From a virus: 58,548 nucleotides of DNA. Location: the IMG/VR virus record IMGVR_UViG_3300010392_000784; one strand, given 5' to 3'. The notes beneath the pieces were generated by a model. It was not told the DNA's origin and searched no databases. It saw only the letters and a list, made by a program, of their open reading frames with translations. Shown piece by piece: positions 10,560 through 21,200 of the stretch. The translations under genes were made by a program, and so were the position numbers. How positions within the stretch are numbered: position 1 is the first letter of the stretch; every line of letters begins with the position of its first letter.

Positions 10560-12349
10560 TGGCCGACACGCCGCTCCCCCTCGAACTTCCTCCTGGAATG
10601 GTGGTGACGGAATCGATCTTCGCCGCCAGCGGCCGGTATGTGGGCGGCGACAAGGTGCGCTTCTACCGGAACAAGCCGCAGAAGATCGGCGGGAATTCCA
10701 AGCATTTCACCACCGCCTACACCGGGTTCGCCCGGGCGCTGCTCGCGTGGTCCGATTTCTCGCTCAACAACTTCGTCATGGTCGGGACGAACTGCAAGCT
10801 AGAGATCTACGATTCGAACGGCAACAAGACCAACGTCACGCCGCTTGAAGACACCGGGACGCTGGCTGCCGACCCCATCACCACGACCTCGGGCTCGACG
10901 AGCGTCAACATCGAGCATGGAAGCCACGGCCGGATCGTCGGCGACGTGGTGGTCTTCGACGGCGCCACCGCGGTCGGCGGGATCACGATCGACGGCGAAT
11001 ACACCGTTTCCACCTATGTCGATGGCAACAATTACACGATCGAGCATTCGAGCGCGGCCACGGGGAGCGCTACCGGCGGCGGATCCTCGGTCGATTACGA
11101 CTACGAATTGACCTGCGGGCTGGTCGATGCCACGGAAGGCGGCGGCTGGGGCATCGGCGGCTGGGGCGAGGAGACCTGGGGCACCTCGCGCCAGAACACG
11201 ACCTTCGTCCAATATCCGCGCTTCTGGTCTTTGTCGAAATACGGCGAGGACGTGATCGCCTGCCCGACAAACGGCACGCTTTACCACTGGGACGCAACGA
11301 ACCAGACGAGCCGGGCCGCGGCAATCAGCAATGCGCCGTCGAACTGCCAGGCGGCGTTCGTGACGGACGACCGGCATGTGGTCGCGCTGGGCGCGGGTGG
11401 CGACCCGATGAAGGTCCAGTGGCCGGACCAGAGCGATTTCACCGCATGGACGCCGTCGTCGACGAACACGGCCGGCTCGCGCACCCTGCAGGAAGGCTCC
11501 CGCCTCATGGCCGGCGGGGTGCTTCAGAACCGCGTCGCGCTGATCTGGTCGGACACGGCCGCCTATCTATGGCAGTACACCGGATCCGACTTCGTTTTCG
11601 ATAGCCGGGTCGCCGGCAACAATTGCGGGCTGATCGGGCCGAACGCCTTTACCGTGGTCGGCGGCGTCGCCTACTGGATGAGCCGCGGCAATTTCTACAT
11701 GTATTCTGGCTATGTGGTCGATATCCCGAACGCCGATGACATCAACTCCTTCGTCGACGACAACATTTCCGATCTGCAGGATGTGAAGACGGTCTGCGGC
11801 TACAACCAGGTCTTCGACGAGATCTGGTGGTGGTTTGTCGCCGAGGGGGAATACGAGCCATCGATCTACGTGGCCTACAACATGAAGAGCAAGACGTGGG
11901 TGAAGGGGACCATGTCGCGCTCGGCCTTCGCCAACCAGGAGAACCGCGCCACCGAGCCGCTTATGACTGGCGTTGCCGAGGACGATTACGTCTACGTGCA
12001 CGAGACGGGGCTGAACGAGGCCGATGGCAGCGCGATCGCGTGGTCTCTGGAAATGGCGCCGTTCGCGATCTCGCAGGGCGGCCAGGTGATGGACGTCTGG
12101 CACCTCGAGCCCGACTTCGAAACCCAGGTCGGCGACATCACCCTGAACCTGAAAACCTACCACCGCAGCCGGGTAGCCTCCCTGCTCGACAATGAGACCT
12201 ACACGATCGCCGCCACGGATGATATCGTAGACACCGACAATGTCTCCGGGCGCTATGTCTCGCTGACGTGGAGCCAGGAAGAAGTCGACGGCGATTTCCG
12301 CTTCGGGATTTCGAAGCTTCGCATCGACCAGGCGGGGGAAAGAGGATGA
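10559..12349 (+). CDS. Tail structural protein (596 aa), possible tail tube/nozzle component
   Basis: ATG overlaps the upstream stop (TGATG); size and position only. Confidence 0.4.
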   Translation: MADTPLPLELPPGMVVTESIFAASGRYVGGDKVRFYRNKPQKIGGNSKHFTTAYTGFARALLAWSDFSLNNFVMVGTNCKLEIYDSNGNKTNVTPLEDTGTLAADPITTTSGSTSVNIEHGSHGRIVGDVVVFDGATAVGGITIDGEYTVSTYVDGNNYTIEHSSAATGSATGGGSSVDYDYELTCGLVDATEGGGWGIGGWGEETWGTSRQNTTFVQYPRFWSLSKYGEDVIACPTNGTLYHWDATNQTSRAAAISNAPSNCQAAFVTDDRHVVALGAGGDPMKVQWPDQSDFTAWTPSSTNTAGSRTLQEGSRLMAGGVLQNRVALIWSDTAAYLWQYTGSDFVFDSRVAGNNCGLIGPNAFTVVGGVAYWMSRGNFYMYSGYVVDIPNADDINSFVDDNISDLQDVKTVCGYNQVFDEIWWWFVAEGEYEPSIYVAYNMKSKTWVKGTMSRSAFANQENRATEPLMTGVAEDDYVYVHETGLNEADGSAIAWSLEMAPFAISQGGQVMDVWHLEPDFETQVGDITLNLKTYHRSRVASLLDNETYTIAATDDIVDTDNVSGRYVSLTWSQEEVDGDFRFGISKLRIDQAGERG

Positions 12350-12591
12350 GGCCGATCCAACTGGGAACGCCGCCGCCGCGCGACAATCAGGAAGCGTGGA
12401 TGGAATGGATGGAGCGGTCGATCATGGAGATCGCGGGCGCAAGCCACGACACAGCAACCCGGTTTATCGACCAGTTCACCCCGTCCAACGTCACCGCGAC
12501 CCGTACCTTCGACGCGGATTCGACGACGCTCGCCGAGGTCGCCGACGTGGTCGGAACGATGATCGAGGACATCAAGGGCAGGCCGTACTGA
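12346..12591 (+). CDS. Hypothetical protein (81 aa)
   Basis: ATGA overlap with the upstream gene; GGGGGAAAGAGG RBS. Confidence 0.6.
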   Translation: MRPIQLGTPPPRDNQEAWMEWMERSIMEIAGASHDTATRFIDQFTPSNVTATRTFDADSTTLAEVADVVGTMIEDIKGRPY

Positions 12592-12941
12592 TGGATATCT
12601 TGTCGCAGATCATGATGAACCAGCCGGGGAACCCGCAGGCGATTTTAAGCCAATCGCCCGCAATGGGAGCCCCGGGTGCAGGCCTGCCGGCTATGGGAAT
12701 GTCGCCGGCAGGCCGTCCACCTTCGGAAGCGCTCGACATCAACATGCTCTTGCGCCAGATCTTCGCCCAGCCGCCGGCACAGCGGCCCGCGCCACCTGCG
12801 CCCCAGGCGGCCCCGCCCCAGATGCAGCCGCCACAGGGCGGAATGGACGACGGCGCGCCGATGATGGGCGGCGGCGCGGCGGCGGCCGATCCCAGGCAGC
12901 AGATGCTCGCGGCTATCCTCGGCGGCGGAGGCGCGGCCTGA
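12591..12941 (+). CDS. Pro/Gly/Ala/Met-rich protein (116 aa)
   Basis: ATG overlaps the upstream stop (TGATG); low-complexity product. Confidence 0.5.
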   Translation: MDILSQIMMNQPGNPQAILSQSPAMGAPGAGLPAMGMSPAGRPPSEALDINMLLRQIFAQPPAQRPAPPAPQAAPPQMQPPQGGMDDGAPMMGGGAAAADPRQQMLAAILGGGGAA

Positions 12942-13420
12942 TGCGCTTCAAGCTCTGCGAACACGGCCAGCTCGAAACCCTCTGGGATCTGCTCGAGGCT
13001 TTCTATGCCGAGAACGGCATCGTCGATCCGAACCGGCCCAAGGCGTTCCCATTCGTCGAGAAGACGGTCGACGGTGGCCGGTGCTGGCTGCTTTACCCGG
13101 ACGATGGAGACGAGCCGATCGGCACGTTCGGCTACGAGATCGTGGCGCCGTGGTGGTCGGACGAACTGCGATTGCAGGACGTGTGGATCTACATCAAGCC
13201 GGAATATCGGAGCCTTTCGTCGTTCCGCTCGGTGCTCGATCTGGCGGACCGGCTTGCCGCGCGGGCCAATCTCCCTCTATACATCCAACTCTACGTGGCC
13301 GGCGCGGACCGAAAGAAGGTCCTGTTCAAGCGCTACCTCGATGAGCTGGCCGAGGTCTACGAGGTCAAATATGTCGGCGGCCGGTTCCGCGGCCGGGCGG
13401 CAGGAAACCAGGAGCAGTGA
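12941..13420 (+). CDS. Hypothetical protein (159 aa), weakly GNAT-acetyltransferase-like
   Basis: ...VWIYIKPEYRSLSSFRSVLDLA... loosely resembles GNAT motif A; weak assignment. Confidence 0.35.
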   Translation: MRFKLCEHGQLETLWDLLEAFYAENGIVDPNRPKAFPFVEKTVDGGRCWLLYPDDGDEPIGTFGYEIVAPWWSDELRLQDVWIYIKPEYRSLSSFRSVLDLADRLAARANLPLYIQLYVAGADRKKVLFKRYLDELAEVYEVKYVGGRFRGRAAGNQEQ

Positions 13421-13421
13421 C

Positions 13422-14345
13422 ATGGGCTGCATGGATGCCGGAAGTTCGACCACCACGTCGTCGGTAAAGCTGCCGAAGTGGTTCGAGGACAGAGTCCGGG
13501 AGAACATCAAGACCGCGTCGAAGGTCTCCAAGACGCCGTTCTCCTCCTATGAAGGCGATCGGTTCACCGATTTCTCGCCGGACGAGACCGCGGCCTTCGA
13601 TTTGATTCGGGGGATCGTGCCGGAATTCTCGGGCCCGAGCGGGTATTCGGACAAGATCATGGAGGCCGCCGGCTCGCCGATCATGTCGCTCGACACGCCC
13701 TCGCTGATCTCGGGAGACATCAAGGACTACATGAACCCGTATCTCGATACGGTGATGGCCGACACCCTGAAAAACTTCAACGAGGAAGCCGGCAAGGATC
13801 TGCTCAAGATCGGCGCCGGCGCCACGTCCTCGGGGGCTTTCGGAGACGCCCGGCACGGCGTGGTCGAGAGCAGCTACAACAAGGACATGATGGGCAAGCG
13901 CGGCGAGCTCATTAACAAGATGCTGTCCGACGCGTTCGGCGGCGCGATGGGGCTCAAGCAACAGGACATCCAGAACTCGCTCAACACCTTCGGCGCCAAT
14001 GTCGGGGCGAACGAAAGCGGTCTGGGCCGGATGATCAGCGGCGCGTCGACGGCGGCCGGCACCGACACGACCGAACTGAAGAACCTCCTGGGCGCGGCTG
14101 GCGCGCTCGGCACGTCCGGCGGCCAGCAGCGCGCGCTCGGCCAGGCGAACGCCGATTTCGACTTCTCGGAGTTCCTGCGCCAGCAGAACTACCCGAAGGA
14201 AATGGTCGACTTCATGAGCCGGACGCTGGGCACCGCGCCGACGAGCAAGACGACCGAGACTTCGACGCCTACACCTTCGCCGCTCGCGAGCGTCGCGGGG
14301 GCCGGATTGAACGCCCTGTCTGCCTATCTTGGGAGTAGTGGCTGA
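13422..14345 (+). CDS. Internal virion / ejection protein candidate (307 aa)
   Basis: AGGAGCAG RBS; internal ATG of track ORF 13005..14345; G/A/S-rich; lies upstream of the giant protein, as in the T7 gp14-gp16 order. Confidence 0.45.
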   Translation: MGCMDAGSSTTTSSVKLPKWFEDRVRENIKTASKVSKTPFSSYEGDRFTDFSPDETAAFDLIRGIVPEFSGPSGYSDKIMEAAGSPIMSLDTPSLISGDIKDYMNPYLDTVMADTLKNFNEEAGKDLLKIGAGATSSGAFGDARHGVVESSYNKDMMGKRGELINKMLSDAFGGAMGLKQQDIQNSLNTFGANVGANESGLGRMISGASTAAGTDTTELKNLLGAAGALGTSGGQQRALGQANADFDFSEFLRQQNYPKEMVDFMSRTLGTAPTSKTTETSTPTPSPLASVAGAGLNALSAYLGSSG

Positions 14346-15283
14346 TGAACCCTCTTCTCGCGCAGATATTCGAAAAGCTTCAGGGGCAGGCTCAGCCCGT
14401 TCTGGACGCGCCGGCGCCGCCCACACCCACACCGATGACCGAGGAATCGTTGCGCCGGCAAGCGATCCGCGAGGCGCTGGCGTCGGCAGGCAAGACGCTG
14501 GCGACCACGCCCGGGAATTTCCTGACAGGCCTGGGCGTCGCGGCCGGCGCCGGCGGAGAAACGTTTGCCAAAGGCACCGGCGACATCCCGAAAAAGATGA
14601 TGGAGCAATCCGAGAAGGACCAGCAGAAGCGCATGGCCCTGCTCAACCAGCTTTTCGGCGGCGCGCGCGCGATCAGCGCGGAAGGCCGGGCGGACGAAAG
14701 CCTTGGGCTTGCCAAGACGCGCGAGAGCCGGGCCGCCGGCATGGACGCCTGGCGCCGGTCGCGGGCCGGCGAACTGGACGAAGAGAGCAAGCGCCGGTTT
14801 GAACTCGAATTTGGTCTCAAGAAGGATACCGGAGAAGCGCAGCTAGAGCGCGCTAAAGCTATGGTTGAACGCGCTCGCGCCGAAGAGATGCGAAAGGCCG
14901 AACGAGACAGAACCAACGATGAACGCTGGAAAAAAGAATTCGGCCTTAAAAAGGATACCGGCGAGGCCGTTAAGGAACGGGCCACCGCCGCGGCCGAGCG
15001 CATGCGTTCGGAGATGCTGCGCAATTTGTTCAACGACAAGTTCCGCCGGGCCACCGGCACCGAAAAGGCCGTATCCGACCGGATGAAGGCGCTTGGCCTC
15101 AATGACCCGTGGCTCGACCCGGAGGAGCGGAAAAAGGGCGAGGCTCTGGTCGAGGAGATGCGCAAACGCCTTACCGGCGGGACTCCGCGAAAAGGCCCGC
15201 CGTCAGTCGGCACAATCATTGTCCATCCGACGACCGGCGCGAAGATGCGCTGGGACGGCAAGGGGTGGGCGCCACTCGAATAG
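14345..15283 (+). CDS. Internal virion / ejection protein candidate (312 aa), coiled coil with an internal duplication
   Basis: Charged helical composition; duplicated (E)FGLKKDTGEA segment (14807-14839 and 14936-14968). Confidence 0.45.
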   Translation: MNPLLAQIFEKLQGQAQPVLDAPAPPTPTPMTEESLRRQAIREALASAGKTLATTPGNFLTGLGVAAGAGGETFAKGTGDIPKKMMEQSEKDQQKRMALLNQLFGGARAISAEGRADESLGLAKTRESRAAGMDAWRRSRAGELDEESKRRFELEFGLKKDTGEAQLERAKAMVERARAEEMRKAERDRTNDERWKKEFGLKKDTGEAVKERATAAAERMRSEMLRNLFNDKFRRATGTEKAVSDRMKALGLNDPWLDPEERKKGEALVEEMRKRLTGGTPRKGPPSVGTIIVHPTTGAKMRWDGKGWAPLE

Positions 15284-15292
15284 AGGCCCACC

Positions 15293-18200
15293 ATGGGAAC
15301 CGCCTGGGATCTACCCGAAGGCTTCGTCTACGAAAGCGACATCGCAACCCCGGACCCTTCGACCGAGAAGGCGGCGCCGGCATGGGCGTTGCCGGAAGGC
15401 TTCGTCTACGAGAGCGAGTTGAAGGCCAAAGCGCCGGCGCCGACGGCGACCGCCACCACGCCAGAGACTGAAACCGGCCCGGGCTTCACCGACTATCTGA
15501 AAGAGATCGGGGGGCAGCTTTATTCCGGCGGCGCCGGCACGGTCGCTTCCGCTCTGAAAGGCGTCGGCGCTGCGGACGTTGTGCCGAAGAACGTTATTGA
15601 GGAGACCGACCGCGACCTTCGCCGCGTCAAGGACATGACGGACGAAGAATTCGGCGCGTTCAGGTCTAAAATAATCAAGAAACTCGGTGTGAAATCTCTG
15701 CCGGTGCAGGCCGCTGCGTTCGGGCTGCGCAAGGGGATCATCAAGAAGCCGGAGGAACTGGACTCCTACAAGGGCTGGAAAGACCGGTTCACCACCACCC
15801 TGGAAAAATCGCCTGTTTTCATGGCTGGCGAGGCGATTTCCAAGCACATCGAAAACGATGTAGCCAAGGATCCGAGGTTCAAAGACTCGTGGACGCGAGC
15901 CTTTGCGTCCGGGGCCGGGTCAGCGATCCCGTATTTCGCGCTTGGCGCTTTGTCTGGCGGCGTCGGCACAGGCATTGGTCTCGGCTTGGGTATCGAGGCG
16001 CAGGGCGGCGAGGCGATAGACCGGGCGAGAGCGAAGAAAGCAACGCTCGAGCAGGTGCTCGAAGCGGCGCGGATTTCCAGTATCATCGGCGGAACCGAAC
16101 AGTTGCCGATGGAGGTCATCTTCGAGCGGTTTCCGCTTCTGCGCGCGATCAAGCCGGCGTGGAAGAAGATCATCGCTCAGGGCGCGACGGAAGCGGTTCA
16201 GGAAGGAACCCAGCAAATCTGGCAAAACAGCGTTGCCAAGCTGGTTTACGACCCGAAGGCCGACATCATCGATTGGGACGTGCTGAAATCGATGATCGTT
16301 GGCGCGGGTGTCGGGTCTGGCCTCGGCGGCATTCATGAAGCGGGCAAGTACGCCGGCGAGCGAAACGCGCGGCGGAAGCTGAACGCCGAGGCGCGCAAGG
16401 CTGGCGTGGAAGGAACGACCTTCACCGGCGCGCCGGGCACCGAGGGCGAGGCCGGAGCGAGCGGCGGCGAGACGGGCGCCGGCCCGGCCCCGGGCGGGTA
16501 CGCGCCGTCGGAAGAGGAGATCTTCGCCCGCATGGCCGATATGGTCGGCGGGCCGGAGGTGGTCGACCGCTACCGCACCACGCCGAAGATGTTCGATCGG
16601 CTCTACCAGGAAGCGCGCAACGCGATCATCGCGGACGCGGCCGGCGGAGTGCCTGGCAGGGCTGCCCTGCCGGCGCCGTCCGGGACCGGAGAGACAGGCG
16701 GAACGGAAACGGCCGCTCCTGCCACAGAGACCGGCACAGGGGAGGCGGAAGCGGGGACGCCGGCACCGGAGGGCGCTGACACCGGTAAAACGGCTCCTGC
16801 GGCCTCTGTGAAGGCCGATGAAACGGACGACGAAGGCACCCGCACGCTGATCGCCGCCGGCTATACCCGAGACCAGATCGCCGACATGGGATCGATCGAG
16901 CGGGATGATGCCATCGCCGAGGCGCGCGATGCGGGCGTTGTGCCGATGCCGGAAGGGTTCGAACTCGACACGTCCGGCACGAAGACCAAGCCCAAGACGG
17001 TCGAGACCGAGGCGGATATCCGTCACGCCGAAACCCATGTCGAGACGAAGCCGACGGACGCGCAGAAGGAAGCCGGCAACTACAAGAAGGGGCACATCCG
17101 GTTCAAGGGGCTCGACATCACGATCGAGACGCCAAAGGGCGAGGAGCGCACCAACAAGGACCCGAACGGCCCGAAGTGGAGCGTGAAAGTTCCCGAGGCC
17201 TACGGCTACGTCAAGCGCACGCGCGGCGCGGACGAGGACCAGGTCGACGTTTATGTCGGGCCGAAGGTGGATTCCGACCGGGCCTATGTCGTCGACCAGC
17301 TCGACCTGAAGACCGGCAAGTTCGACGAGACCAAAGTCATCCTCGGCGCCGACAGCGCGAAGGCGGCCCGGGACATCTACGAAAAGGGGTTCTCCGATGG
17401 GCGCGGCGCGGAACGGATCGGCGCGGTATCTGAAACGGACATTGCGGGACTTCAGGAGTGGCTTCGAAGCGGAGACGCCCGGGCGCCATACTCTGGCGAA
17501 CTGGCTTCGCCGGCAGGGGAGAAAGGTGCTGGTGGAACTGCAGAAGAACCGGCCGCGACCCCGGCCGCCGAAGGATCCGAGCCTGCGACCACGGGAAAAG
17601 CCTCCGCGCCGGAAGTTTCGCCGGCGGAAGGATCTGTAGAAACCACCGAGAAGAAGCCGGCCGCCGCGCCAGCGCCGGAGACCGAGACCTGGCGCCGGAA
17701 CTTCATCGCGGCGCGCAAGGAAGCGAAGTCCCGCGGTATCGACATTGTGGGGAAGACCGGTGACGAACTGATTGCCGAGATCGAGGAGCAGGACCGGCAG
17801 AAGGCGGTCGAGGCCGGCAAGGATCTGCTGGGTAAACCGGTGAAGATGGGCGGCGAGGCGGCGGCTACCGCCGAAAATCCGAACCTCGGCCCGCTGTTCT
17901 CGCCACCGAAAGACGACTACGCAAAACTGGCAATCTTGAAGTCCGTGAGAGAAGGCCGCCGGCAATCCAAAGAGCCGCTGATGGCGCCTATAAATTGGCT
18001 GATCGGCGAAGGACTCGTGAACCCTGTCCGCAAAAGAGGAAAGCAATACCTGACGCTCTCGCCGAAGGGCGAGGAACTGCTGGCCAGCCTTGAGCCCGGC
18101 GTCGAAGGCGAGACAGCGGCAAAACCGGCAGAAGGCGGAACGGAGGCGAGCGCGGAGCCGGCCGTTACCCCCACCTCCGCACCTTCCCGCACCACACTTG

Positions 18201-21200
18201 AGAAAGGTGCGGAAAGCGAGACGGAGCCTGCGGACGATGAAAGCGGCATCCACACCGCATGGAATCGCATGGATAGATCGACGCGGTTGGCGGCGGTAAC
18301 GAAGGCGACCGGCAGGGAACCGGAGGCGCGCGCTGGAACGGGCGTCCATTTCCGTCCATGGACGGCGCTGAGCGACGAGATAAAGGGGCAGCTTCGCCCC
18401 GTGATGCGGGATTACCTCGAAAATGGTTCCGCTTCGCTTTATGCCGAGGTCACCCCCGAACCTCATGGTCAATTACCACAAGGTCAGGAGACGGAAGCGG
18501 CCAGCGAGCCCAAGACCACGACAGATCGTGATTTGTTCATTCGAAATTTCGGCGGCTCGTCAGATGTTGGCTGGTCAACCAGAGTCAAGGGGCCGAATGG
18601 AAAGTGGTATTCGTTGAGGATGGCTGGCAACGCCCGCGGGTTCTCCGTTTGGAAAACTCAAAAAACCCAAACGCTGGATAGCTCTCACTTTGCACCGCAG
18701 GGGCAGGAAGATTGGAATAGCACCCAAGCTGCGGAAGCCGCCGCCGAACATGCCGGCTTCTCCGTTCCTAAACCGGAACAGGAATCGGAAACGGCGGCCG
18801 CAGAAAAGCCGGCCGCCTCGCCGGCGGTCGCCACCCCAGAACCGCAGGAAACTGCGGCCACCGAAACCAAGCCTGCCGATCTGGTCTCCGCCTTCACCGA
18901 TTTCCTGATCGATCCCGCGAACTCGTTCAAGACGATCAACGAAGCGCGCCGGTTTGCCAAGGAGCATGGATTTGAGGCGAAGGCCGGGGCCGCGAGCGCC
19001 AAGGCGATGGAGGAGCAGCTTGAACTGGCTCTGGTGCTGGCCTCCCGCGAGTTGATCGCGAAGGCCGGCAGCCCCGCCGCCGCCTATGATGCGCTGGTGA
19101 GCCTCTACGAGCGCCAGCCAAAACTCGGCGCGCGCACATCCAAGAGCATGGCGGAGCAGGCCTACTCCACCCCGGCGCCGCTGGGATACCTGACGCAGGT
19201 GCTTGCCGGCGTCGGGCCGAAAACCGAAGTCTACGAGCCGACGGCCGGCAACGGCATGCTCTTGACCGGCGCCGACCCAACCCGCGTTCTTGCCAATGAG
19301 ATCGACGAGACACGGCGCGCCAACCTCAAGCGGCAGGGTTTCCAGCGCGTTACCGGCCATCGCCTGCCCGGTGTCCAGCCCGGCGCAGTCGGCGCCGAGG
19401 AAGCCGTCGACGTCGTCGTCATGAACCCGCCGTTCGGCCCGGTGAAGGGTGAGGACGGCAGGTCGGAGAAATTCAAGGTCGGCAAACTGACCACCACCCA
19501 GATCGACCACGCCATTGCGCTGAATGCCCTCGAGGCGATGCCGGACAACGGCCGGGCGGTGATGATCGTCGGCGCGATCGGCAAGACGATCCAGAGCCCG
19601 GAACAGCGCGCGGCGGCCTACAACGCGGCGGCCAAGCGGAAATTCTACTGGAACCTCTACAACCAGTACAACGTGGTCGACCACTTCACGGTCGACGGCG
19701 ACCTCTATGCAAAGCAGGGTGCTGCTTGGCCTGTCGATGTGATCGTGGTAGAAGGTCGAGGCAAGAGCTCCCTGCCGCTTCCAGCCATAGAGCCCCCGAA
19801 GGTTCTGAGCACATGGGACGAGCTGAAGGGGAAGATCGATGCAAGACCCGAAACAGTCGTATCTAAACCGGTTGGCAAACCGGCTGGCGAGCCTGCTTCA
19901 AGAGAACCGAAGCCGGTGGAAGGGCGAGGCCCGAGTGATCGAGGCCCAGTTGAGGGACAACGGCCTGATACCGGACGCGGTGACGATCAGGTACGAGAGC
20001 CCGTTCCAGTTCGCGACCGACCTCCTGATCGAGAACCCGGAAGTGTACGAGAACAGCAACCTGGGGCGTCTTATCGCGACCGACTGGAATCCGGACGAAA
20101 GCGAGACGGCGGGCGATCTGACCTCGCACCTGCTGCTGTAGCCGAGAACGAAGCGCCGGCCGCACAGGTCGAATACCGCCCCGCCTCGACGCAACCCACC
20201 CTCAAGACCTTTGTGCCGTCCGGCATGCGATCATCGGCCGAAAGCGCGCTGATGGCCGTGGAGGACGAGCGGGGCCCCATCGACCAATTCGTGGCAGACG
20301 AGCTTGCCTATGACGTCGGCAGGCTGTCGGAGTATTTCGGAGCCGAGCAGATCGACGCCATCGCCCTTGCAGTTCACCAGATCAAGCGCGGCAAGGCCTT
20401 CATCATCGGCGACCAGACCGGGACCGGCAAAGGTAGGGTCAACGCGGCGCTGCTCCGCTATGCCATGGTGCAGGGGAAAACCCCCGTGTTCTTCACCGAG
20501 AACACGACCCTCTACGGCGACATGGTCCGCGACCTGAACGACATCGGGATCCGCGAATATCTCGGCCGCGACGTCAACCCGTTCATGACGAACACGAAGG
20601 AATCCGTTCCGCTCGACGAGGAGGCGCTGGACTGGTTCGCCGACGACCAGGAGGCAAAGGTTGCCGGCGAGAAGCGGCCGCCCAAGCGCGGCAAGTTCTT
20701 CACGTCGCCAGACAAGGAAGTTGTTGAAGAGCAGATGCGCGAAATCGTGTCCGGCGGCCTCGGCGGCTACGACATCGTTTTCAGCACCTACACCCAGATG
20801 CAGACCACGAACGGGCAAGAGAACGCGCGCCGGAATTTCATGCGCAACATCATCAGCGACGCGATCGCCGCGTTCGATGAAAGCCACAACGCGTTCGGCG
20901 GAAGCAAGGGCGAGCGCGAGGCGAAGGACAAGATCGGCGGGCGCGCCGAAGTGATCCGGGAACTGACGCAAAAGGCCTATGGCGTCCTGTTCTCCTCCGC
21001 CACCTACGCCAAGCGCCCGGACGGCATGGATCTCTACGCGCGCACCGACCTGGGCGACGCCGTCGAAAATATCCAGGATCTCGGCCCGACGATCGAGGCC
21101 GGCGGCGTTCCGCTGCAGCAGATTATCGCTTCGATGCTCGCTGACGCCGGCCAGTACGTGCGCCGCGAGAAATCGTTCGAGGGCATCGAATACGCGATGG

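Noticed and set aside
15920-18472. 850-aa minus-strand ORF, and many other long ORFs antisense or out of frame to real genes (for example 257..1102, 1071..2357, 3750..5180, 24017..25630, 25739..27112)
   Set aside because: Their translations are R/P/G/A-rich filler typical of shadow frames in high-GC DNA. The overlapping frames have the G/C-ending codon bias and recognisable motifs.
19863-20194. Two about 100-aa minus-strand ORFs opposite the nested gene
   Set aside because: They are antisense shadows with R/V/L/P-rich products and no RBS. The compositional signal fits the plus-strand +1 frame.
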